DNA of 64,000 bases from Paraphysomonas bandaiensis (lineage: Eukaryota > Protista > Chrysophyceae), in contig CBFFRP010000149.1 in the NCBI GenBank assembly GCA_965644295.1, forward strand, positions 195,671 through 259,670. Direction: 5' to 3'. Positions 52,663 through 64,000 of this stretch are shown here, in pieces. The notes under the pieces are model-generated. The model was not told the origin of the DNA. It made no database searches and was given only the letters and a program-made list of their open reading frames with translations. The translations under genes were made by a program, and so were the position numbers. Positions within the stretch are counted from its first letter, which is position 1. The number at the start of each line of letters is the position of its first letter.

Positions 52663-54133
52663 TTGCCTCAAGACGGCACAAGAAGTAAAAAAATATGTAT
52701 ATTAGCTGAGTGGGAGATTAAATTTTGTAACATATTTTATAAATTATATTAGGACATGCACAAGACTAAGATTGTTATGACTGACATGCACAAGAGTACT
52801 ACTTATGGTTTTACGCATGAACTGTCGCCTCTGGAATGAAATGACAGTTGAGGTAGCTATACTGGCAGCTAAAATGTAGTTCAGTACTAAATAATTGAAA
52901 TTGAGACAGCAAGTAATAATTGCAATTATAATTAACTACAACCTGCGACAATTAATTGATACGCAGCCCTGTTAGTTACTACATGTAATCATAAGTGGTA
53001 CAAACTACATGTATGTAGCTAGTTAAAGAATCAAACTTACTACAGGGTCATTAGCATATGCTCAAATGTGTTCATTCTAAAACTGAGAGATGGATTATAC
53101 AATTCAATGGGGTACCTGAAAGAAGCTTCAAAGACGATATCTACCAAAAGTCAGACAAAAAAAATTAGAAGAATCTCTAAATAATTCGTGATGGTGAATC
53201 ATCATTTCTCAATATCAAAATTGCTTTAATACAAATACAGTAATGATATAATATCAACATAGCTGAAAGCAGCCTTTTTGTTTCGAAGCCAGAAGACAAT
53301 AAAATCCACTGATTTTATCTCATATATAAAAAGTCATTTAATTGATCAACAAAATGAGCAATAAGTTGATACCGGAGTAAAAAATAATTCCAATTTAATG
53401 GTCTACAACCTGCGCAGCCCTGATACATGTGAAGATGAATGTACGTAGTATTTGTGTTTAGTGAAAACAGAGGTGAACTATATCATAACCGTAAATACGT
53501 GATTACAAATTTAACGCAATGTAAATAAATGATTGTGTAATATATTATACTTCTAAAAGCTTACCGCTAGAATGCGTACCATTATACGTATACTGTCATG
53601 GGAGCCGCTATGCACATATAGTGAATACAAGTTTCTGTTCAAGTACAGCAGCCCAGTGCCATCTTGGGGTACTATTTTGTATTATTATATATCTCATGAT
53701 TAACGATGACTTACTAACACTCTTACACCTATGAGCTATAGCAATATATTGCAACAATGATATTGCGAGATAAAATGTTTTGCCATGCAATATTAATTGT
53801 GTGTAAAGACGGCTGACAATATTGTTGATGAACACTGGAACAGTCAAAGCGTGTTCAGACCATAAGATACTGTTTCGAATTTGAGTCCATAAAAATCTAT
53901 ATATTATTATTGAATAGTATTCAGTATTTAGTAATTTAAAGTCATGATACAGTTATTTCGACAGATCTAGTGATCTTCAATGGTGGAAACTTTATTCTCT
54001 CCGGCTGTCCAAGTTCAATAGTATATAGTATATAGTATATCACAATATTAAGTCCAGCAACAATACTGTCACTCTGTTATTTGCGCTGCTATAGTAGGGG
54101 GGGGGAGTCTTCACGTTGTTCCTCTTTATCAGC

Positions 54134-57100
54134 ATCATCTCTGTGGCTTGGATTCTGTGCCGGTCAGCATTCGACCGAAAAATATGGGATCCCACACAGT
54201 GCATATCAGGTCATACATTCACCAGAAATTTAGATGGTGCCTAAGTAATATGCCATATCTACCAATTTGATAGATTTATGTCCAAGTAGTCATAAAGTGT
54301 TACACTTCATGGAGGTCATGAAGTGTAACACTTCGTCATTAGAATTGACCTGGCAATTGACTCTGCCGTAGTTATAAAGTAGAAATTGTACCTTGGGAAT
54401 ATCATAAGTCAGCTTCAATGATAGAAAGTACATTACAAATGAACAATCAAGCAATAGAAAGTGGAGTGGAACTCACAGATGAGGAACTGTTCGGATGTAT
54501 GCCGGAGCGCCTTCGTCCATTGCCGCACAAGACTCGAGGAAAAAGGATATATAAGTATCAGAATCTTACCGGAAAGAAGCTCACGATGATGGAGGAAAAT
54601 CTATGGCTACTTAAAGAGGTGGACTTTCAGTTTGGCAACAGACCAGATCAAAATAGAACCAAGAAAGGGCTAGTTCGACGATACGGCTTGTATAAGAAGT
54701 TCTTCGCTCGAAATTGGAAGACATATAAAGAATATCAGGTAGCCAAGAATCGAGGTCGCTGGCAGGCTGCTTCGAAACCAGATCAATTAAGTAGAGTTAA
54801 ATCGGCTTTAGCGATCCCTCGAAATAATGCAGCTGAAACCTCATATGACCAATTGCAGAAACTTATAAGTACTGAAGTTGTGGGGGACAAAAGGAAGAGA
54901 GGCATAGTAGAACCAGAAAGTGAAGGAAAATTAGTTGGCCACGCTACGACGCTGAACTTCATAAAATCTCACAAATTAACTGTTGGAAACAGACAGCCCA
55001 TACAAGACAATAGAGGTTAAAAGCATGCAAGTGTCCACTTATGTCTTATGTGTGGTACCTGATATGTTATACCCTCTCGGCATTCTTGGAACCATGTTGC
55101 AAATGGAACGCAGATGCGTGCACATTTGTATTTGATTTTACCACTTCATCCGGCGGCAAGTACAAGAATAAAACAGTTCGACTGCTATATATGAATGTTT
55201 GCCTGGCAATGTAATTCAAATGAAAAATACACAGAGAGGAAAAAAGAAATCAGACAGTTCTAATAAAAGACTCCCTTCGCCATCAAGGTAATGCAGATGA
55301 TAAATGCAGCAGGTGACAATTCGTGCTTTGTTGGGATACTTCGCTATCGAAAATATGCCCCCAGATACGTTTCACGTTGAAGAAGTTGCAGGTTTAAGTC
55401 TGTCCACTCATGTTGGTGCTAGAGGCCTTGTCTATTTTCAATTACACGATGTGGCACCAAAGCAATGTGGAAGGACTATTTTTTTCGTGTTGTTAAACCA
55501 ACAATTGAAGTTGCCAGAAATACGCATGATCCTCGCAATCCAGACGGTTCACCAATTAGGAATTTTTTCAGCACCGATGGGGAAGACATCATTATCTCGA
55601 GGGCTTACGAAGATGATGTACGAAGTATGTTTGAAGAAATTCTTACAGACTATGGTCGGGTTGGTGCAGGTACAACGGGAATTCATAATGCCTGCGATCG
55701 TCAGCTCACCTCTATCGGGAAGTCAAAAATTAGTTCGCAAGCAGTTACTAGATAACAGCTCAAATTACAGTAACAGGCAGTTGGAGAAATCAATTCAAAA
55801 AGCATTTGATAGTATGAGCCAGACTTTTCCATCTGTTGACTTTGGTAAAGCCTTAAAGGATAAGTACACTCTCGGGTTGAGCATTTTGGTTGATTGTTTC
55901 GACAAAGTAATGAACCGCGAGATGGTTATAAGAGGATTCACTTGCTGTGGCCAAGACGCTGTGCCGGATGAAAGCGTGTAACTATTGACTTTGCGAAGAT
56001 GATGTACCAGTGTTATTCCGACATATCGGGTGAACAATTAAAACACATGTATGACTTAACCCCTATGTTTAGCGAGTACATTAGACTTCGTGGACGACGC
56101 GTAACACATAGCGAGTTGGTTTAGGGGGGTATTAAATCTGGTACCACCACCATTAACCGTGATGATCTCACGCATGTTCGGCATTGGTCAGAAATTGTTA
56201 ATCACGAAGAAGTGGCTGAAAGATACAAGGCCGAGATGGCTGCAAGAGATCCCGCGGTCATCAGAAAGAGACGGGCCGAGGAAACGCTTCGCAAGGAAGC
56301 TGCAAGACAGCAACAGCTTTCTGATAAGGCGGAAAGGGTAAGAATTAAGAAGGCAGAAAATGTTCTGAGAAAGGAAGCAGAGCGACAAAGGAAAGAATCA
56401 TTAACTTTGGAGCAAAGAAAAGCTGAGTCTCAATCCAAGCGCGACGCTGCTGTTATCGAGAAAAATACCAAAGAACAAATTAGACTGATGGAAATTGAAG
56501 ATGCTCTATGAGTTCTAGCTGCTTACGAAACAAGAAGTACTCGTACTTGAGTGGAATGGCTGATGGGGTATAAGGATATTCGATAGTTGAGTTTTGCCTT
56601 GCGTATTTGTATGCTATTGCTCGCACATATTCCCAACTAATCTGTTTGGTAGTGTGCTTCTAATTCCTAGGTAGTTATCGTCTATGATTGCCATTTTGAA
56701 ACTAGATAACCACTTGACAAATATTAGTATAAATTCATGCCGATATATGTGTGGTTTGATAGTATACTGCCTTGTTACGCATATAATTATTCCAGCAAAT
56801 ACTTCGATGCTAGCCCACATATAACTTGGAATAGTACACTACTTCTGTCAATATAAATCAGCTACTGTACTCCTTCGTAGTTTAGAAGTAGACACTTGTG
56901 TGATAAGCAAACATATACCTTATACCTCTACATCTTGTAAACACATACTGCCAATTGCCAATCGTTGTATTTAAGATCGACATATATAGCTACGTTACTA
57001 TGACTAGTACATATACAAGTTCGCATCGACTAAAACGATATCATATTATTATTATAAATATCTACATGACAACACACAGATACACATACATTCAGAACGC

Positions 57101-57957
57101 TCGTATATACATGCACACACACAAACACAGAGATGACATATTCTCATACATAAAGTCATGGGTACAAATATTCGAACACTGACGCTTATATGTAGCATTG
57201 TAGGTAGTAAACCTCGTACACCCATATAAACCTAGTAAACATAAGGGAAACGTACACACATGTGCTATATAAAGTACATACAAAGGTAATATATATGTAT
57301 AGACATAAAACATACACATTCACACAAGTCGCGTGGAGAGGTAGTTCGGGACAAAGTCTTGAGAATAGCCAACAAAGACTAGACATGTATAGACTTTCAA
57401 CAATCATCAGCTGCACTCGCCGTAAAGCCCATTTAAATCGACAAGTATGGCAACAATGGCATTGTAGATGTAACAAGACCCCAATAAAGCTGAATGAGTG
57501 CAATATATTAGGTATCCTACATATGACATGAGTGAACATTGCTTGCTGTGACCCTACAGCACCCTAACATGGGGTGCCTGCAACCAACAAGCTAGTCAAG
57601 GGTATTTGCAACATTAATCATTGTACAACGCACAAGGAAGCCCAGAAAGTGCCAAATCTCTTTCTACCAAATAAATATCGCTTATCTTCCATTCGATAAG
57701 TCGGTTCCGACACTGATAAGCTGACTCGGATGGTGACAAGGTAGCATATCCACATAATTTCTACGGACGGCAGTGGTGCACTTAAATCTAATCAAATTGG
57801 TTGATATGCCATATCAATGCCCTCCATCCATCGATATGGCATATTATTTTGGCGCATTTCAAATTTCTGGTGAATGTATGACCTGATGTGCACTGTATGG
57901 ACCCCTCCTCTCTCTGGTCAATACTGACCGGCACAGAATCCAAGCCACAGAGATGAT
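54134..57957 (+). mobile_element. Pogo-like (Tc1/mariner superfamily, DDE_1-type) DNA transposon, about 3.8 kb, long TIRs, disrupted transposase
   Basis: 34-bp perfect terminal IR atcatctctgtggcttggattctgtgccggtcag (54134-67 and 57924-57), continuing imperfectly for ~150 bp. Transposase motifs KWNADAC, MINAAGD, FFSTDGE and GAGTTGIHNACD lie across frameshifted ORFs 54418-56511. Confidence 0.8.
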
Positions 57958-58707
57958 ACGTGACCCTCCCACACCCTCTCACCTCTCCAAACACTTTGTC
58001 TGCAGTAGTAAGTCGAATATAGAGTCTCAGTACTGGTTAGTGTATCCCACTGCTCTGCATATAGCGATCAATAGCCATCCTGAGGACGCAGGGCTCCTCT
58101 GTCTAATCACTCGAGACACAGGCAGGGTGTGATTGTAAAAATGGCTGCATATAATGTTGACATACTCCATTGTAAAGACAGTGTGTGTGTCTCTGATTGT
58201 ATTGGTGTATGTTGTGGTGATGATATGTATGTGCATATCAGTTCAAGGGGGGGGGAGGAAATGGATGATGAAAAGTGGGACCGATTTTTTTGAGGGGGCC
58301 GATTTTCTTTCGTTATAGGTATATAAACTGTAGGGAAGAATGTGATTGTTGGGAATAGCATGAATAATACTGTCTACAATATCAACGGCTATTTATACGA
58401 TAATAATCATTATTTTGTACTTCTGTACTTGGGTATTGCTTTGTACACATACACATATGTATGCATGTACATATGCAAGCCCACAATATGAGATGAGAGT
58501 GGGATCTGAAGGGGCCAGTGTGTCAAGCATACTCAAGTTAGTCTAAGCATGTGACTGTATATACGAATACGGAATACAGTAGCTGCCAGCACTTCATTCG
58601 AGGAAATAGTGATCGAAGTCCACAAATCTTCCAACTTCGTTTTCAGAAAATGGTTCATAATAGGGTCCAAAAAAATCAAAATGGTTCATAATAGAGCCCC
58701 CCCTTCC

Positions 58708-58936
58708 TATGTATGTATGTATGTATGTATGTATGTATGTATGTATGTATGTATGTATGTATGTATGTATGTATGTATGTATGTATGTATGTATGTATGT
58801 ATGTATGTATGTGTGTATGTATGTATGTATGTATGTATGTATGTATGTATGTATGTATGTATGTATGTATGTATGTATGTATGTATGTATGTATGTATGT
58901 ATGTATGTATGTATGTATGTATGTATGTATGTATGT
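58708..58936. repeat. (TATG)n microsatellite upstream of the FG-GAP gene
   Basis: Near-pure tandem array. Confidence 0.99.
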
Positions 58937-59073
58937 GTCCAAGTTGACGAAATTTCTTTCGTGTGGTTGTGCCTATTTTGTCCTATTTGTGTATATACAT
59001 GTACATGTTGTATATTCGCAGCATTCAGCATGCTCACTAAAGTCTATCTCTCAAACTCTTGAATATAACTGCA

Positions 59074-61290
59074 ATGTTACTCCAGTTGTCCCAAATGCAA
59101 CAGCTCATTGTGCTAACTCTTCATGCACTCTACACAAGCCAATGCTATGCTGCGTCTTTCGCCCCTCATATGATATCCTCCGCTGCAGATGGAGCCGAAT
59201 CAGTGTTTGCAATCGATATGGATGGTGATGGAGATATAGATGTCCTGTCTGCATCCAAACTTGATGACAGGATAGCGTGGTATGAGAACAATGGAGTGGG
59301 TGGCTTTATGGTGCATGATATATCCACAACTGTCAAGGGCGCAAGCTGTGTGTTTGCTATAGACATGGATGGAGATAATGACATTGACGTTCTTGCTACT
59401 GCATATACAGGCGATGAGATATATTGGTTTGAGAATGATGGAGCTCAGGCGTTTACGCGACATTTAATTGAAACCTGGTCCAATGGGGCGCGCTCGGTGT
59501 TTGCCATTGACATGGATAACGATGGAGACATTGACGTTCTTTCTGCTTCACAGGTTGACGGGGATATTAATTGGTATGAGAATAACGGGTTGCAGAGTTT
59601 CACTTCACACAGGATAAGGAATGCATTAAATGGCGCCAGAGATGTGTATGCTATTGATATGGATGGTGATGGTGACATGGATATACTATCTGCCTACAGT
59701 CTTAATGATGGTATTCACTGGCATGAGAATGATGGTTCTCAAAATTTTGACAGTCGTATAATATCGAGCACCAAAGTTGGCGCTGTCTATGCTATTGACA
59801 TGGACAATGATGGCGACATTGACATATTATCTGCATCAGACGATGTAAACAAAGTGGTCTGGTATGAGAACAATGGTTTTCAATCATTCACAGCACACAC
59901 CATACAGTCATCTGCTGATGGTGCATTTTCCGTGTATGCATCTGATATTGATGGTGATGGTGATATGGATGTAGTGTCTGCTCTGAGAGACTTGAATTCA
60001 GTTGTGTGGTATGAGAATAATGGTTTTCAATCATTCACACCTCACACTATAACTTCCAGTGCTTCCTCAGTGCTTTCTGTGTATGCTGTTGATGTTAATG
60101 GTGACTCCACAATTGATATTTTGTCTGCTTCTTATGGAGACGACAGCATCCGATGGTATAGTAATACACCACCTACTTCTACCCCCACCCATGCTCCTAC
60201 ATCTACCCCAACCAATGCGCCTACTCTATTGCCCACTACAGCTCCAACAATTGCTTCCACTCATTCGCCTACCACGACTCCTACGAGTGCTAATAATCCA
60301 CTACCTACTTCTACCCCCACCCATGCTCCTACATCTACCCCAACCAATGCGCCTACTCTGTTGCCCACCACAGCTCCAACAATTGCTTCCACCCAATCTC
60401 CGACAGCAACTGGAGTAACGAATTCACCCTCCTATTCGCCTACCACAACTCCTACAAATGATCCTACTCATTCTCCAACCCATGTTATTACCTCTCTATC
60501 ACCTACCGTATTGATACAGGAATGGGAAGGAGGAACAACTGATGCTGATGAAGGAGTGAAATATACATTTACTGCAGTTGACACAACCCACCCTAAATAT
60601 CTCACTGTGGAGGTGTTTCCTACAGATTTTGATGGGTCTGATGAGTACGCAAATGTTACCGTCAATGGAATGGGTTATGGTATGTGTAACCCTGACGATG
60701 CTTGTGGAGAAGCATTCTATAAGTGTTTTCGACAATTAGAAATTGATCAACTGGTTGATATCAACGGCAATCTTCAGGTTGAGGTAATTGGCACGAGTGA
60801 AGTGGGAACATTCTGTGCGTATGAAGGCAGCAGCTTGTATGTGCGTTACACCTTATCCTCTATGAGAACTCCAACTGCGGCTCCAACCAGTATGTACGAC
60901 TCTATGTGTGGGCCTGCTACAGATTGTTTTCATGATGCTTCAAACGATGAGGGAAAGTACATTAAGTGCGATATGTGTGTGTGCGACGATTTTGGCACGA
61001 ATGATCCTAATTATGATGATGACGAAAACTGTGGGGCAAACGAAGATCTCTACAACTGTTTCATTATGATTCAAGGTCACGTACGTTATTGCAAAACCGA
61101 AATGAAGGCTGCCTGGGTAATTGGCTTTATTTTCATCGCAATTGCGGGTTGTTGCGGCGTGTGTGGGTGTTGTGCATATTGCTGCCGATACCGTGGTCAC
61201 AAATCACCTCTATCTCAAGGGCGAGTCGATTTAAAACTTGATGTTTTTTCTTCGCCAGAAACCAAAAATGTATTGCAATCACCGAATTGA
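59074..61290 (+). CDS. Type I membrane protein: signal peptide, 7 FG-GAP/VCBS repeats, Pro/Thr/Ser stalk, Cys-rich domains, TM with Cys-rich juxtamembrane segment
   Basis: Seven DxDxDGDxD-type loops, each followed by a W(Y/F/H)xN segment; PT repeats; WVIGFIFIAIAGCCGVCGCCAYCCRY; intronless. Confidence 0.92.
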   Translation: MLLQLSQMQQLIVLTLHALYTSQCYAASFAPHMISSAADGAESVFAIDMDGDGDIDVLSASKLDDRIAWYENNGVGGFMVHDISTTVKGASCVFAIDMDGDNDIDVLATAYTGDEIYWFENDGAQAFTRHLIETWSNGARSVFAIDMDNDGDIDVLSASQVDGDINWYENNGLQSFTSHRIRNALNGARDVYAIDMDGDGDMDILSAYSLNDGIHWHENDGSQNFDSRIISSTKVGAVYAIDMDNDGDIDILSASDDVNKVVWYENNGFQSFTAHTIQSSADGAFSVYASDIDGDGDMDVVSALRDLNSVVWYENNGFQSFTPHTITSSASSVLSVYAVDVNGDSTIDILSASYGDDSIRWYSNTPPTSTPTHAPTSTPTNAPTLLPTTAPTIASTHSPTTTPTSANNPLPTSTPTHAPTSTPTNAPTLLPTTAPTIASTQSPTATGVTNSPSYSPTTTPTNDPTHSPTHVITSLSPTVLIQEWEGGTTDADEGVKYTFTAVDTTHPKYLTVEVFPTDFDGSDEYANVTVNGMGYGMCNPDDACGEAFYKCFRQLEIDQLVDINGNLQVEVIGTSEVGTFCAYEGSSLYVRYTLSSMRTPTAAPTSMYDSMCGPATDCFHDASNDEGKYIKCDMCVCDDFGTNDPNYDDDENCGANEDLYNCFIMIQGHVRYCKTEMKAAWVIGFIFIAIAGCCGVCGCCAYCCRYRGHKSPLSQGRVDLKLDVFSSPETKNVLQSPN

Positions 61291-61654
61291 TACAACTTGT
61301 CTGATGGAAAACGTCAATTGTGCTATTCAGTTGCCTTGAATTTTTGTATCTGAAGTGTGGCATAATATCTTGCTTTTGTTGCTAATTAAGAAACTGAACA
61401 ACGTACTAAAACTGTTAGCCACTTGGTTTGAACCATCTGTGCGTTTCTCAGTTGTGTGCTGTCCCATTGTTCTAGCTAGATTCTTGTTGTTTATAATTAG
61501 ATGAAAAATCTTTTGGTATGTGATTCTGTTGAGATTTACTGTTTGTGAGCAATTAAAAGCTGTAGTTTCTAAGGTATTGAATTATAACCGTTACTCAAAG
61601 AATGTTGAGTTCTGCAATATGGATGTGAAATATTGTGCAATTGAAGTGAGTTTA

Positions 61655-61910
61655 TAGTGTGCAAGAGGTGAAGTCAAATCATAGGGGTAACGGGTGATTA
61701 TAGTTACAAAGGAATTAAATTCAGTTACTGATGTGTGACTATATAAGATATAGGACTGACTGATGAACATATGATGAACAGATGTGGCTGAATATGTATT
61801 GTTCAGATTAATAATCACAATTCTCTCTTGAAAGTGCATTGTGTTCAACAAAGCAAGCTTAAGATTTACGTGTAGAGCAAAGTTAACTTCAGTGAAAAGT
61901 CTAATTGTAA
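61655..61910. repeat. Unclassified dispersed repeat, copy 2 of 2
   Basis: Colinear with 7400-7660. Confidence 0.8.
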
Positions 61911-62099
61911 CTCTGATGAGGCGAAGGAGGACAACAAGGTGCTAAAGTTTGTCAAGGAGGAGACTGAGGTATTAGCTCAGAAAATAAGGATCCATCTGAT
62001 GAAGAAGAATCGATATCAATTTGGGCTAGAGCCAAAACTTGCTTAAGGTGGTAGAGCACGAGAATTATGACATGAGCAAAATGATTCTTGTGTTGCAAC

Positions 62100-62512
62100 T
62101 GCCCCATTCCGAGGGCGTGGCGATAGTGTAGGCTGGCTGGTGCACCACCTAAAACACCGAGATATAGCACTGATTCTACTACTCACCCACAAGTGTACCA
62201 ACGTAGCTGACCACATAGATCACGCGCAGATTCAGTTGCCCCCCCCCCACCTGTGTTCACCTTTGCTGAGATTACGCAGGATTTCTAGTGACCATGCATG
62301 ACTCCGTATAGATCTAGTGTGACATGTCCATCCCCCTACTCTCCCTTAGAATGCGCGGGGTTTCTTGTAATCTCATATAAGCTATGCAAGTATGTGTACA
62401 GCTAGATAGACACACAAACAATACGCTGAGAGTTTTATTAATAATCTATACCTTACTTAGCATAGTTAAAACTCGCACTTCACCAATAGGGGTACGCTCT
62501 CAGAATGAGGCA
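62100..62512 (+). mobile_element. Solo LTR of family 1 with 5-bp TSD
   Basis: tgccccattccgag...ctcagaatgaggca flanked by gcaac at 62095-99 and 62513-17. Confidence 0.9.
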
Positions 62513-62582
62513 GCAACGATTTAGGCAGGAGGCTGATCATGAACATGAAGCAGGCAGATGTATTTGAGGCAGGTTGCCCATC

Positions 62583-62904
62583 CATACATGCATACATACA
62601 TACATACATACATACATACATACATACATACATACATACATACATACATACATACATACATACATACATGCATACATACATACATACATACATACATACA
62701 TACATACATACATACATACATACATACATACATACATACATACATACATACATACATACATACATACATACATACATACATACATACATACATACATACA
62801 TACATACATACATACATACATACATACATACATACATACATACATACATACATACATACATACATACATACATACATACATACATACATACATACATACA
62901 TACA
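62583..62904. repeat. (TACA)n microsatellite
   Basis: Near-pure tandem array. Confidence 0.99.
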
Positions 62905-64000
62905 GGGGGTGGTTGTTATTCATTGAAAAGTCATCGTTTTTTTATTAGTGAAAAGTGAAAAAGTGTCTTTTTAATGAAAAATTGATTTGGCCGTCCCCGA
63001 AGGGGAGGGCCCGTCCCTCATATAATACTGCCACCCCGTCCCTGAGGGACGGGCACCACGACGCCCTCAGTTTTTAGTTCCGTAAAAACCCCATTTTTAT
63101 ATATGAGATGATGTGTACATGACATGAGTGTGTTTGTACTGCTGTACATAGGAGTGTGTGTACTGCTGCATGTAATATAGCAGTACTCAGCAGTACAGTA
63201 TGATGGAGTGAGCATATCTTACTATTAATAGTATTGTGGTTCGTTGCTTCGGTTAGCATCCACTGATCGAAATGAGGAATCAAGCTTCGAACAGATAGCG
63301 GTTGTTCTCATCTTTGAGATGGATGTCTGGAGATCTGGAGTTGTGTAAAATGATGATTTTCAATGAACCACCCCCTGCTCCAGAGCTGAAGGAGTTGTGT
63401 GTGATGGTTAGCTATACCGCCCAATGCTGCATACTAAAGCAACGACTACATATCAGATTATCAAAGATGCGTATGAAGAATTCGATGAAACTAAGTGATA
63501 GCTAGACAAACAAGAAGGTGTAGAGAATGTCAACTGCTTATACTGCATACTGCATGTATGTGTATGTCGTGTGAAGCAGTTCAAGCGAAATGAGATGACT
63601 ACAGCAGAGGAAAGAAGCACAGCAAGTGGGTTCAGAAGCATATATAGGGTGTTTTCAGTGTGGAAGCAAAGACCACAAGGCTAAGAGTGAAGAGTTCATC
63701 GACGAGGTGGTGCCAATATGTAGAGGACTGCCCCATATTGACAGCGTAACTAATTACTGCGTGCGGCCCTCTAGTGGGTGCTGCCGAGTGCTGCGATTGC
63801 TCGCCTCTACCTATATACACATTGCTTAGTTCAGCAGTTCCCCGCTCTGGGTTCTCACTGCATATTCAGCGCTGAATACCGTGTGATAATGATGTAGCTA
63901 GTTGGGTTCAGTAGGTAGCTAGCAAATAACGTATGGGACTTAAATCAAGTATTAGTTAGGCACCCACCCGGCCCCCACCTGATCTACCTAAGTACGCGCT

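Noticed and set aside
57541-57600. LLVAGTPC resembling C5-DNA methyltransferase motif IV
   Set aside because: Followed immediately by a stop, and no other methyltransferase motifs nearby.
63302-63829. Short ORFs including CFQCGSKDH (partial zinc knuckle)
   Set aside because: Incomplete motif and fragmented frames; cannot tell a gene start from TE debris, so the seventh array has no assigned gene.

Overview
Gene-dense eukaryotic nuclear DNA with short GT-AG introns (mostly 40-130 nt) and a standard genetic code. A two-repeat silicon transporter (SIT) and the style of the housekeeping genes suggest a silicifying stramenopile such as a chrysophyte; this is inference. I can support about 20 host genes: GW2/DA2-type RING ligase, CCHC-TatD fusion, HlyIII/PAQR, Fic, OsmC, alanine or glutamate:glyoxylate aminotransferase, PP2C, MTRFR, MRPL19, GAR1, sulfotransferase-PAN, SIT, RPB10, NSUN5, a SAM methyltransferase, DDX11/CHL1, TMEM115, a CFAP20-like gene, an LRR-like gene and a 7-bladed FG-GAP surface protein. 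They are interleaved with TE debris: Copia, hAT with TIRs/TSD, pogo-like with long TIRs, Crypton-like, solo LTRs and MITE-like repeats. The most striking unexplained structure is at gene 5' ends. Six of seven long (TATG/CATA)n arrays end about 90-205 bp from a start codon, a ~145-bp dispersed element sits upstream of several genes that lack an array, and genes show an AT/ApT-rich 5' part and a GC/CpG-richer 3' part. Other highlights are an intact, intron-containing piggyBac-family gene with no visible TIRs (possibly domesticated), a PTS1 that depends on splicing of the last intron, and a probable pseudo-nuclease TatD. All calls come from reading the sequence and recalled family motifs; no searches were run, and gene models and many coordinates are approximate.
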